From an uncultured Chloroflexota bacterium (GTDB taxonomy: Bacteria > Chloroflexota > Dehalococcoidia > GIF9 > AB-539-J10), in assembly GCA_903884455.1 (NCBI GenBank), contig CAISEW010000041.1:98086-162085 (forward strand): a stretch of DNA of 64,000 nucleotides, read 5' to 3'. Under the pieces are notes generated by a model. It ran no database searches, was not told the DNA's origin, and saw only the letters and a program-made list of their open reading frames with translations. The position numbers and the translations under genes are program-made. Numbering within the stretch: the stretch's first letter is position 1; each line of letters opens with the position of its first letter. Positions 27,313 through 40,352 of this stretch are shown here, one piece after another.

Positions 27313-29004
27313 GTGAAATTGAATCAACGGGCTCGATGGAAAATTCTACCTCCAGTGCCAGACGAATACTTAAATGCTTCTGCCCTTCCTCCTCTAGTTG
27401 CTCAGCTTCTCTACAATCGTGGTGTTAAGCTAGAAGACATCGACCCTTTTTTGTCTGCTGACCGCAGGCTGGAGGGTAATCCCTTCCTCCTTCCTGACAT
27501 ATCGCAGGCTGTAAGCAGGGTCTACAAGGCCGTGCTTGCCCGGGAAAAGATTGCCGTCTATGGTGATTTTGATGTTGACGGCGTCACAGCCATAGTTATT
27601 CTTGTCGAGGGGCTATCATGGCTTGGTGCTGAAGTTATTCCCTATATTCCTGACCGCGTCAACGAAGGCCACGGATTGAAGATTTCGGCTCTGGAGAAGC
27701 TTCAGGCCCAGGGGGCAAATTTGGTCATCACTGTTGATTGTGGCGTAACTGACCCTACAGTGGTAAAACAGGCTCAAAACATGGGGATAGATATGATTAT
27801 CACCGACCATCACATCCCGTTAGGAAGCCTACCTCGAGCCGTAGCTGTGATTGACCCGAAGCGAAAGGATTCAGTTTATCCCTATCCGGGTCTGGCCGGT
27901 GCCGGCGTTGCCTTCAAGCTTCTGCAAGCGCTATTCCATAAAGATAGCAAGGAGAAATGGCTAACCAGATTGCTGGACTTAGTAGTTTTGGCCACCGTTA
28001 CCGATTTAGTTTCCCTCGTTGGCGAGAATCGTTATCTGGTGAAGGAAGGGCTGAAAGAGCTTAATAATAGCTCCCGCGTGGGAATTCAAGAAATGGTTAA
28101 ATTGGCCGGGCTGAAGCCGGGTGAACTTGATACTGAAGATATCTCCTGGGTACTGGGGCCTCGCCTCAACGCTGCTGGCAGGATGAACAATGCCTCCATC
28201 AGCTACCAGCTACTCACCACCCAGTCATCAGAGGAAGCTCGCCTCTTGGCCCTGGAGCTAGAGGGAAAGAATGTTGAGCGACAAAAATTAACCAGTGAAG
28301 TATTAAGCCGGGCGAGGGAGAAACTAGCCGCCAAACTACACCTGCCGGTGCTTATAGAAGGCGACGAAAGCTATTCCATCGGTGTCATCGGGCTTGTTGC
28401 TGGCAAGCTCGTAGATGAATTTTACAAGCCTGCTATTATCATCAACCTGGGTCCAGAGTTATGTCAAGGTAGCTGTCGCAGCATAGCTGAGTTTGATATT
28501 GCGTCTGCTTTAGAAGAGTGCCATGACTTACTTACTGCCTTTGGTGGCCATCCCTTAGCCGCTGGCTTCACCGTAGCGCGCCGAAATTTGGCTCAGCTAG
28601 AGCAAAGGCTTGTTAACTTAGCTACAGACCAATTAGGTCATCTTGAACTTTGCCCGGAACTAGTGATTGATGCCGAGCTTCCTTTAACTGTTCTTGCTGG
28701 AGACACCTTTAACCTTATCCAGAAATTGAGCCCTTTTGGTCGGGGCAACCCACAGCCGACCTTTCTCACTCGACAGGTCGAGGTAATCGAGTGTCGTAAC
28801 TTCGGCAACCATGGCGAGTGGCTGAGACTAAAACTCAAACAAGGAAATGTAACCTGGCAAGCTGTAGATTTTGAGTCGCAGAAGAAACGGGCGGAAATTC
28901 CGTCTCACATAGATATTGTGTATAACCTGGAAAAAAGTCACTGGAATGGAGAAGAGGTGCTAAGCCTTAATCTTCTCGATTTTGCTCCGGCTCAGCTTCG
29001 TTAG
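27313..29004 (+). CDS. recJ: single-stranded-DNA-specific exonuclease RecJ
   Basis: GDFDVDG, TVDCG, TDHH, PRLNAAGR, GGHPLAAG, PFG.GNP. Confidence 0.96.
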   Translation: MKLNQRARWKILPPVPDEYLNASALPPLVAQLLYNRGVKLEDIDPFLSADRRLEGNPFLLPDISQAVSRVYKAVLAREKIAVYGDFDVDGVTAIVILVEGLSWLGAEVIPYIPDRVNEGHGLKISALEKLQAQGANLVITVDCGVTDPTVVKQAQNMGIDMIITDHHIPLGSLPRAVAVIDPKRKDSVYPYPGLAGAGVAFKLLQALFHKDSKEKWLTRLLDLVVLATVTDLVSLVGENRYLVKEGLKELNNSSRVGIQEMVKLAGLKPGELDTEDISWVLGPRLNAAGRMNNASISYQLLTTQSSEEARLLALELEGKNVERQKLTSEVLSRAREKLAAKLHLPVLIEGDESYSIGVIGLVAGKLVDEFYKPAIIINLGPELCQGSCRSIAEFDIASALEECHDLLTAFGGHPLAAGFTVARRNLAQLEQRLVNLATDQLGHLELCPELVIDAELPLTVLAGDTFNLIQKLSPFGRGNPQPTFLTRQVEVIECRNFGNHGEWLRLKLKQGNVTWQAVDFESQKKRAEIPSHIDIVYNLEKSHWNGEEVLSLNLLDFAPAQLR

Positions 29005-29836
29005 CAAGCTCGGTCACCAAAGCCTGTTTCTGAAATCGGCGCATTCTGATAATAAGCCAGGGCAAAAATACCGCCAATATGGCTAAGTCAAGAACTTGGG
29101 CTTGACGAAGCCCCCAGAGCACTGGTTCGTCAGTACGGAGAAACCTAATGCCAAAATCACCGGCGGCATAAAGGCAAAAGAAAAAGAACAAAAGACTGCC
29201 TGCGGGTTTGAGTTTTCCCCGAAATAGCCACACTATACCGAAAACTGTCAGCCCCCATAATAAGTGATAAATCTGAGTGGGGTAAATCGGCACCCCAAAA
29301 TATTGGCTAGAGAGGTAATACCAATCTTGAAGAGGAGTACCGGGTGGAGGGGGAGCATAAATCACAGCCCCCGGGAAAAAATGAAACGGACTGAGCTGGC
29401 CAGAGCAGCAGCCGTTTAGGGTGCAACCAATCCTGCCTATGGCTAGAGCTAAAGGCGCCCCTACGGCAACGGCATCGCCTATGCTAAGTAGCATGGAAAA
29501 GCGCATTCTCGTCACCCTCATATAGATCAACGCTGCCACAACGATGCCGATAATCATCCCGTTTTGAGCAAGGCCAAGAAAGCCGATAATCTCTCGGGGG
29601 TTCGCTACGAAATGCTCCCAATCATAGATTACATATGCTAGCCGGCCTCCGATAAGGCCGCCAATGATACAACAAAAGAAAAGACTGTAGAGATCACGCG
29701 TGATGCCTAGCCTTTTTGCTTCTCTGGGAATGGTGACTACCAGCATTGCAACCGCTATAGCTATAATAATCCCATACCATCGTACCGTTAGGGGGCCAAT
29801 GGTGAAAGCAACCGGGTTTACGCTGATAGTGAGCAT
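28967..29836 (-). CDS. lgt: prolipoprotein diacylglyceryl transferase
   Basis: VRWYG, GGRLAYV, GRIGC..NG, PTQIY, FLR. Confidence 0.88.
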   Translation of the reverse strand: MLTISVNPVAFTIGPLTVRWYGIIIAIAVAMLVVTIPREAKRLGITRDLYSLFFCCIIGGLIGGRLAYVIYDWEHFVANPREIIGFLGLAQNGMIIGIVVAALIYMRVTRMRFSMLLSIGDAVAVGAPLALAIGRIGCTLNGCCSGQLSPFHFFPGAVIYAPPPPGTPLQDWYYLSSQYFGVPIYPTQIYHLLWGLTVFGIVWLFRGKLKPAGSLLFFFFCLYAAGDFGIRFLRTDEPVLWGLRQAQVLDLAILAVFLPWLIIRMRRFQKQALVTELANEAEPEQNRED

Positions 29837-29854
29837 TTATCTTTCCCTTTCCAT

Positions 29855-30796
29855 TTAAGAGAAAATAGCATTAACAAAGACCTCAGCATCAAAGGGAGCC
29901 ATGTCCTGTAATTTTTCACCAGTACCGATATAAGAGATGGGTATGTTTAACTGATCGCAGATGGCAAATACTATGCCGCCTCTGGCTGTGCCATCCAGCT
30001 TGGCCAGGAAAATATCGGTGACGTCCACAACTTCGGTGAAATGTTTGGCCTGGGCCAGTCCATTTTGACCTGTGGTAGCGTCCATTACCAGCAAAACTTG
30101 ATGAGGAGCTGACGCATCGTGCTTAGCTACCACTCTCTTTATCTTCTTGAGTTCTTCCATGAGATTAAACTTGGTATGAAGGCGACCGGCAGTATCGATA
30201 ATCACTGCTTGAGCATGGCGGCTATAGCCGGCCTGAACGGCATCATAGGCAACTGCTCCGGGGTCGCCGCCGGGTTGATGGGCGATGACTTCGGCACCTA
30301 CTTTCCCTCCCCAGTGTTTAAGCTGCTCAATAGCTGCTGCCCGGAAAGTGTCTGCTGCCGCCAGGATAACTCGCTTTCCTTGCGAAGTGAAACCATAGGC
30401 CAGCTTGGCAATGCTCGTCGTCTTGCCCGAGCCATTCACGCCGACCACAAGTATAATCTGAGGAGATTCTTCCCCTTCACTTCGTTCAGGGTCAGAATGA
30501 CAAGAAGCGGAGGGTCTTGATGAAGAGACGCTTAATAAACTTATCATCTCCTGTTTCAAAGCTTCCTGTATCTGAGATACTTCTGAAAGCCTGTCTGTTT
30601 TCACCCGCTGTTTCACTTTGCTCAGGAGTTTGCTCGTAGTCTCTACACCAACATCAGCCGAGACAAGCAACTCTTCCAATTCCTCCCAGACCTCATCCCC
30701 GAAAGAGCCCCGTTTAAAAATATTAGCTATCTTGCCGAACCAGGTTTCCTTGCTTCTTTTCACTCCCAGTTCAGTTTTTTTAAACAAATCGAACAA
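29855..30796 (-). CDS. ftsY: signal recognition particle receptor FtsY, with in-frame repeat insert
   Basis: GVNGSGKTT, DTFRAAA, DTAGR, KLDG, GTGE; TTG start 30796 after GGAGG. Confidence 0.95.
   Translation of the reverse strand: MFDLFKKTELGVKRSKETWFGKIANIFKRGSFGDEVWEELEELLVSADVGVETTSKLLSKVKQRVKTDRLSEVSQIQEALKQEMISLLSVSSSRPSASCHSDPERSEGEESPQIILVVGVNGSGKTTSIAKLAYGFTSQGKRVILAAADTFRAAAIEQLKHWGGKVGAEVIAHQPGGDPGAVAYDAVQAGYSRHAQAVIIDTAGRLHTKFNLMEELKKIKRVVAKHDASAPHQVLLVMDATTGQNGLAQAKHFTEVVDVTDIFLAKLDGTARGGIVFAICDQLNIPISYIGTGEKLQDMAPFDAEVFVNAIFS
30463..30502 (-). repeat. family B palindromic element, in-frame inside ftsY
   Basis: Minus strand TGTCATTCTGACCCTGAACGAAGTGAAGGGGAAGAATCTC encodes CHSDPERSEGEES. 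Confidence 0.85.
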
Positions 30797-30873
30797 GCTG
30801 CCTCCATAATTGAGGGTGCCCCTATATAGTAGCACAAGTATAGACGACTTTTTAGCTGGCGATTTCTCGCCTC

Positions 30874-31533
30874 TTACAGTTCAATTCCGAATATCGGAGC
30901 CAGCACAAGGAAGAGACCAAACGCCATCATCAAAATTGCGGTAATCTTAGGGACCAAGCTCTCATATCTGGTTCTGCTGATAGCATTACTTATGCCTCCC
31001 ATGATTAAACCAAGGGGGATTAGGCCAACGGTAGTGCCCAAACCGAAAACAAAAACGGTAGCCGTGCCACGCCATACATTACCGAGCGATGCCGCCCATA
31101 GCAGCATAGCAAATTCCACTGGGCAGGGTGGCAACCCACGCACTATACCAAAACCCAGGATGGAGTGCCAGTGCAGTAGCTTCGAGTTAACAGGGGCTAC
31201 AGCTTCACCGTGATGATGACCCACATGAGTCAATTCCTTGCCCCTCAGCATAAAAAAGCCGAATATAATGGTAATCGCCCCAGCCGTAATTTCCAGAGGA
31301 GTTCTGACAATATCGAGCCATCTCACGCCGACATAGGAAAGGACAAACCCCATGGCAGTATCCGCCAGAGCCATCCCTAGGCCATACAATACTACCAGGC
31401 CAATAGCTTGAGATAATTTCTTAGCAGCCCAGAAAACGAATAAGGAAACGATTGCCTTATCTTCACAGGGCTCGAGGGTATGTGCTAGGCCCACTACGAA
31501 GGCGGTTGCTAGGCTTAGGTTAGCTAAATCCAT
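30874..31533 (-). CDS. Ni/Co/Zn transporter-like membrane protein (UreH/DsbD_2/TauE-like)
   Basis: About 6 TM segments, GLAHTLEPC, HVGHHH loop, GLPPC, FGLGT. Confidence 0.65.
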   Translation of the reverse strand: MDLANLSLATAFVVGLAHTLEPCEDKAIVSLFVFWAAKKLSQAIGLVVLYGLGMALADTAMGFVLSYVGVRWLDIVRTPLEITAGAITIIFGFFMLRGKELTHVGHHHGEAVAPVNSKLLHWHSILGFGIVRGLPPCPVEFAMLLWAASLGNVWRGTATVFVFGLGTTVGLIPLGLIMGGISNAISRTRYESLVPKITAILMMAFGLFLVLAPIFGIEL

Positions 31534-31615
31534 TTCTTGAGAATTGACACGTCCAGCCTATTTTGGTTCCAACACCAGCATCACACTGTCCAAAATTGAC
31601 ATGTTTCAGCAACCT

Positions 31616-32035
31616 CTATTTACGGCAACGAGAACAGAGTCCGGAGAATTCAGAAAGATGATGCTCGGTATAAAAGCCAAGATTCTGGGCAAACTCGTTT
31701 TCCTCTCGACACAATTCTTTGTCAGCAAATTCTTGGATGGTTCCACACTGCTGGCAGACCATAAAACGATGGCAACCTTCTATAGCATTCAAGCTACACT
31801 TCACAAATCCGCCGCTGGATAGCATTTTGTGAGTTAGATTAAGGCGGCAAAGCAAAGCGAGTATGCGGTAGATGGTAACGTGGTTTAGATATTTGCCCCT
31901 CGCGCGCAAAACCCCCTGTATATCGTAAGGGGAAAGCGGTTTTCCCATTTCCTCTAGTATCTCAAGCACCAGCTTCCGTGGCTTGGTCGCCTTATATCCC
32001 TGAGCTTGCAAAATGCGAATTGAGTCTCGAATCAT
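31616..32035 (-). CDS. Fur family regulator (Zur-like)
   Basis: T.PR..VL, TIYRIL, H.FMVCQQC and C-terminal CSRC; likely start ATG 32035. Confidence 0.85.
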   Translation of the reverse strand: MIRDSIRILQAQGYKATKPRKLVLEILEEMGKPLSPYDIQGVLRARGKYLNHVTIYRILALLCRLNLTHKMLSSGGFVKCSLNAIEGCHRFMVCQQCGTIQEFADKELCREENEFAQNLGFYTEHHLSEFSGLCSRCRK

Positions 32036-32061
32036 GGCAGCATTATATTTGAAGGAAAGGC

Positions 32062-32084
32062 TAAATGCAACAATATTGCAATTA
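32062..32084. promoter_or_regulatory. candidate Fur/Zur-type operator
   Basis: TAAATGCAA-CAATA-TTGCAATTA inverted repeat (8/9 match) directly upstream of the Fur-family gene. Confidence 0.6.
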
Positions 32085-32125
32085 GCTATTAAGAATAATC
32101 GCGCAGCTATCCTGGTCATTTCCCC

Positions 32126-34414
32126 TCAAGCCACGAGTTCTTCAAGCAATATTATCGCCGCTTCCTTGTCCAGGGGCTGGTTATTGTTGCCACACTTGGG
32201 CGATTGCACGCAGGAAGGGCAGCCGTCAGCGCAGGGACATGCTTCCACGGCTTTCAAAGTAGCGTGCCAGAGCTCGGTTACTATCTCGAATCCCTTCTCA
32301 GCGATGCCAATGCCTCCGGGGTGGGCATCGTAAATAAAAATCTGCGCCTTGCCGGTGTCGGGATGAAAAGGGGTGGAAACGCCGCCAATGTCATTGCGGT
32401 CGCAGAGGGCAAATAAGGGCAGTATGCCAATGGCAGCGTGTTCACAGGCATGCAGACCGCCATGGAAGTCAAGCCCAGCGTCGGCTATTTTGTCAATCGC
32501 CTTCTTAGGCAAATCAAACCACAGGGCCTTGGTGGGAAAGTTTTGTGGTGGCAAATCAAGAGGCTCCTCTTCGATGACCTCTTCGGTGAACTGTTTTTTC
32601 CTCTTAAAGCCCACTACTGTGATAGTAACATCAACATTTCCGAAGTAAACCTTCACACCGTGGCAATCTTTTTCCTTGAGCAGCTTTGTGACCCGAATGT
32701 CATGTATCTCCATAGTCTGGGTATAGTAATTTACAGGCCTCGGTTCTGCCCAGGCAATACGCCGGGCTAAATCAAGTTCCGTGATAAGGTAAGATTCACC
32801 TTGATGGAGATAGATAGCGCCGGGGTGTACCTGGAAAAAGGCGACGCTGGCTTCCACCGTCTCTAGTAAGCAACCCTCCCGACCATCAATGACGGCATAA
32901 TTTTGCCCTGATGTTGCCCTGATATTTATGTCCTGGGCAGGATAAGAGATAGCAGGAGCGGGATGCCATCTCTCTTGGCGTTTTCTTAACCTCCCTTCTT
33001 GTTCCAGCTCAGCTAGCATGGTGCTACTGTCGCCGAAGAATTCTTCATCCTTATCTTCTAGCGGTTTTTCCCAGGCAGCACAGAGGAGGTGAGGCTTCAA
33101 GATATAAGGGTTGCCAGGATTGATTATGGCATTGTCAAAGTTCTTGCTGAAAAAGAAATCGGGATTACGCATCAAGTATTGGTCAAGCGGATTCTGTTGG
33201 GCGATAAGAAAGCTCAGGGAGCTATGGGTGCTTCGTCCGCTACGCCCTGCTTGCTGCCAGGCACTGGCAATGCTTCCGGGGTAGCCTGTAAGCACAGTTG
33301 CATCCAAATCGCCGATATTTATTCCCAGCTCCAGAGCTGTTGTGGCGACCAAACCGAGAAGCTCGCCTTCGAAAAATTGATGTTCAATTCGGCGTCTGTC
33401 TTCGGGAAGGTACCCTGCCCGGTAAGGGCTTATTTTATCCCTCAGGGACGGAGGTAATTGTTCCTGGGTATAAATATAAATGAGTTCGGTAAGTTTACGA
33501 GTGCTGGCAAACACCAGACTACGAATCTCTTTCTGAATAAGCTCTTTGAGAAGGAAGGCTGCTTCACTGTTGGAACTGCGTCGGCTAGTCTTAGCCTCAT
33601 CAATGACAGGCGGATTCCAGAAGGTGAAGTATTTCTCACCATGAGGTGAACCATCTTCAACGATAGCTTCAAAAGGCAAACCGGCGATATTTTGGGCATG
33701 CTCTTGGGGGTTGGCGATGGTGGCTGAGCAGCAAATAAACTGAGGAGCAGAGCCATAAAAAGCGCAAAGCCGCCGCAACCTCCGCAGGACATTAGCTACG
33801 TGGGAACCGAAAACACCGCGGTAAATATGAGTTTCATCTATTACAACATATTTGAGATTGCGAAACAGTTTCGACCACGATTGATGGTTGGGCAAAATGC
33901 CCAAATGGAGCATATCGGGGTTGGTAAGTACCACCCTCGCCTGTTTTCTTATGTTTGCGCGCTCATTCTGTGGTGTATCGCCGTCGAAAGTAGCCATGGC
34001 TCCTGGGGAGAGAAGTCGGGAGAGGTCTTTCGTTTTGCCTAGGATTTGTTTCAGGCTACGTAGCTGGTCCTGAGCCAGGGCTTTCGTGGGGAAGATATAA
34101 AGAGCCCGGCTGTCCTTATCATGTAAAAGCGCATCGAGCGTGGCTAATTGATAGCACAGGGTCTTACCACTGGCACTGGGCGTGGCTATTATCACATTTT
34201 TCCCGGCCAGGATGGCATTCAAAGCTTCTGTCTGGTGGCTATAAAGAGCGGATATGCCCAGGGATTCCAGGCATGCTTGAAGGCTTGGATGGAGAAGGTT
34301 ATCCAGTTTGCCAAAAATAGCGCCTTGATGAGGAATGCGTTCAATATGGATGACCTGCTGGCGATAATCAGTTAGGCTGACAAGGTGGTGGAGAAAAGCC
34401 GAGGCATCCATCAA
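32126..34414 (-). CDS. DEAD/DEAH-box helicase with DUF1998 (YprA/MrfA/Hrq1-like)
   Basis: SASGKT, PTKALAQDQ, DETH, SAT, QQAGRSGR, C-terminal CPCADGCPSC. Confidence 0.9.
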   Translation of the reverse strand: MMDASAFLHHLVSLTDYRQQVIHIERIPHQGAIFGKLDNLLHPSLQACLESLGISALYSHQTEALNAILAGKNVIIATPSASGKTLCYQLATLDALLHDKDSRALYIFPTKALAQDQLRSLKQILGKTKDLSRLLSPGAMATFDGDTPQNERANIRKQARVVLTNPDMLHLGILPNHQSWSKLFRNLKYVVIDETHIYRGVFGSHVANVLRRLRRLCAFYGSAPQFICCSATIANPQEHAQNIAGLPFEAIVEDGSPHGEKYFTFWNPPVIDEAKTSRRSSNSEAAFLLKELIQKEIRSLVFASTRKLTELIYIYTQEQLPPSLRDKISPYRAGYLPEDRRRIEHQFFEGELLGLVATTALELGINIGDLDATVLTGYPGSIASAWQQAGRSGRSTHSSLSFLIAQQNPLDQYLMRNPDFFFSKNFDNAIINPGNPYILKPHLLCAAWEKPLEDKDEEFFGDSSTMLAELEQEGRLRKRQERWHPAPAISYPAQDINIRATSGQNYAVIDGREGCLLETVEASVAFFQVHPGAIYLHQGESYLITELDLARRIAWAEPRPVNYYTQTMEIHDIRVTKLLKEKDCHGVKVYFGNVDVTITVVGFKRKKQFTEEVIEEEPLDLPPQNFPTKALWFDLPKKAIDKIADAGLDFHGGLHACEHAAIGILPLFALCDRNDIGGVSTPFHPDTGKAQIFIYDAHPGGIGIAEKGFEIVTELWHATLKAVEACPCADGCPSCVQSPKCGNNNQPLDKEAAIILLEELVA

Positions 34415-34698
34415 GGAAAGGTTTCTATTTCTGAACTCAATAACTCTACATCGGGGTAGTTCTGGATAACGAACTTTACGACATTGGACAAAGTCTCATC
34501 GGCATGTCTTCTGTGGTTGCTAACACAAGCTACGCCTAAGGTGGCTAATTGCCATAAATCCTGGTTATCCACCTCGGCTACGGAAACATTGAACTTATTT
34601 TGTAGCCGTGTAATGATGGACTTGATTACCTGCCTCTTACCTTTAAGGGAATGGTTCTCAGGGAGGCGAAGCTCAATTTGGCACACACTGACGTGCAT
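34411..34698 (-). CDS. DUF503 (YlxP) family protein
   Basis: SLKGKR, FNVSVAEV..QD.WQ. Confidence 0.88.
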   Translation of the reverse strand: MHVSVCQIELRLPENHSLKGKRQVIKSIITRLQNKFNVSVAEVDNQDLWQLATLGVACVSNHRRHADETLSNVVKFVIQNYPDVELLSSEIETFP

Positions 34699-34706
34699 TA
34701 TTTGTT

Positions 34707-34749
34707 CCCTCCTTATTTCTCTCCCTTCAGGGGAGAGCTTAGATGGGAG

Positions 34750-34750
<1 letters not shown>
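34707..34750. repeat. family C hairpin between gap and the DUF503 gene
   Basis: CTCTCCC-TTCAG-GGGAGAG. Confidence 0.5.
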
Positions 34751-38591
<3,841 letters not shown>

Positions 38592-38775
38592 TTCGTAGCT
38601 TAGTATATTATATTAGCACACAGCTTGGGTCTCAGTGAACTGCATTGTAGCACGATTTCATCCCGCAGAAGAAAGCACGAAAGCTCTAAGCGATTATCGA
38701 ACAATTCGCTCTGATGTTACTTTTTGGTTGCGATGGCTGCAAGGATTAGTAAGATAAGATATACCGCTATTTTGG

Positions 38776-39567
38776 CTAGTACACCTTTTTTCTTATCAGT
38801 TGAGCTATAACTCCGCCGGTAATAAGCACCAGACCAACAATCGTAACGACTACTACGCTTTGATCGGGCACCGTTGTGACTGAAAGTCGTTTTAGCAGTA
38901 TCCCGAGTAATGCCCAATCAACCACAAGGCAATAATAGATATCTTTTCGGGTGAAGAGTATGGATAAGGCAATAGCAATACCAACGATAATCACTGCTAC
39001 TGCCCAGAATTGCTCACCGAGACCCCATGTGTTCCAATTGACATCCACCAGTAGAGCGGTGACATTGGCAATCGTGGCTATGGTAATCCAGCCAAGGTAG
39101 ACGCTGAAAGGAAGATGCACTAGATATTTTTCAGCCTTCGTAGCCTCTGATTTGCCAATATTTAGCCTCAAGTAAATTGCTATCAGGCATCCCAACAGTA
39201 TCAGCATCAGAGCCAGAGATAGGGGGACGATTTTATAATGCCAGGAGAATATCCAGCCGATGTTGGCGATGCAGGAAATAAAGAATAGCAGCCCTATTTT
39301 CTGCACAAAGTCAACCTTCTGCGCGTCTCTTCTAACAGAGGGTATTAATTGATATATGACGAAGATAGCAAGTAATACGTAGATTAGCCCCCAGATTGCA
39401 AAAGTCAGCCCCGCTGGCACAAACAAGTTTGGATATAGGTCGGATAATTCGCCGGTCTTTATGTTATTTAGGGGAAGGATATTGGCCAGCGCATTAACGA
39501 CAACGGTACCAAGAAAGCCCAACAAGTTTAGAATCGACAGGGATAACACTAAACGACTTTTATTCAT
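38776..39567 (-). CDS. TspO-like tryptophan-rich membrane protein
   Basis: P..FVPAGLTFAIWGLIY, N..WIF.W, YLGWITIA. Confidence 0.7.
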   Translation of the reverse strand: MNKSRLVLSLSILNLLGFLGTVVVNALANILPLNNIKTGELSDLYPNLFVPAGLTFAIWGLIYVLLAIFVIYQLIPSVRRDAQKVDFVQKIGLLFFISCIANIGWIFSWHYKIVPLSLALMLILLGCLIAIYLRLNIGKSEATKAEKYLVHLPFSVYLGWITIATIANVTALLVDVNWNTWGLGEQFWAVAVIIVGIAIALSILFTRKDIYYCLVVDWALLGILLKRLSVTTVPDQSVVVVTIVGLVLITGGVIAQLIRKKVY

Positions 39568-39569
39568 GA

Positions 39570-40235
39570 TTATCCTCCGCTTGCGCCACCCTGTAAGGAC
39601 TGAGGCTTCAGCTCCTGTCTCAGTAGCAGGTGTAAAAAATGGACTGCTACTACTTCGACCCAGACTAGCGCGTTGAGTATTATAATTCGCTCATACAAAC
39701 CAAACCAACCTCGCTGGTCACCAAAGAGCGCCCCTATTATCAGGCCGAAAGCCAGAATACCAGCAATCAGAGTATAGATAAAGATGCCTTTCCAATTCGG
39801 AGTGCTCTTGAAGCTGGGTGAGAGCAATAAAATAGCGATAGGGAATAACAAGCCAAGTCCATAAGATGCTAGCGTGTGAATTGTTCCATCGATGTGCGGA
39901 GCACCGGGATGGTCCATATGAAAAGTGGCAATCAACATGAGCACGAAGCCACAGAGAGCAAGAAGTACAATGCCGGCATAGAATCCCCGGGCTCTGCGGA
40001 TTTTGAAAAAGAGTCCGGCGACAAAGATCTCCAGCAGCAAGCCCATAGCCAGAAAACAAATCGATTGTAGCCAGCCTACGCGAGTCAACGCCAGACTGCT
40101 GACTGAATCGCGGATTGGGCTGTAACCGGGAGTGGATAACGATGCTGTGAGGTCCCCCACAATCACCACAATAGGTCCCACGATACCGACTAGAGCTGGC
40201 ACACTGTCGATGTTCAAACGTTTAGACATAGACAT
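39570..40235 (-). CDS. DUF998 family membrane protein
   Basis: PGYS...VS.L, G.IH, GLYER; multiple TM segments. Confidence 0.7.
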   Translation of the reverse strand: MSMSKRLNIDSVPALVGIVGPIVVIVGDLTASLSTPGYSPIRDSVSSLALTRVGWLQSICFLAMGLLLEIFVAGLFFKIRRARGFYAGIVLLALCGFVLMLIATFHMDHPGAPHIDGTIHTLASYGLGLLFPIAILLLSPSFKSTPNWKGIFIYTLIAGILAFGLIIGALFGDQRGWFGLYERIIILNALVWVEVVAVHFLHLLLRQELKPQSLQGGASGG

Positions 40236-40352
40236 TAGCTCCTATGTACTGAGCGTGTTCGCTGTATTTAGTCAGCGACCTTACACATAATATTTCTCTT
40301 TAGTATTATAGCACACATGTTTATGCGAAGCGGCTAGTGATACAGGTGAGAA

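Noticed and set aside
32126..34414. DISARM/Druantia-type defence helicase (DUF1998)
   Set aside because: Full-length YprA/Hrq1 architecture in a housekeeping operon (gap, DUF503) with no defence partners.
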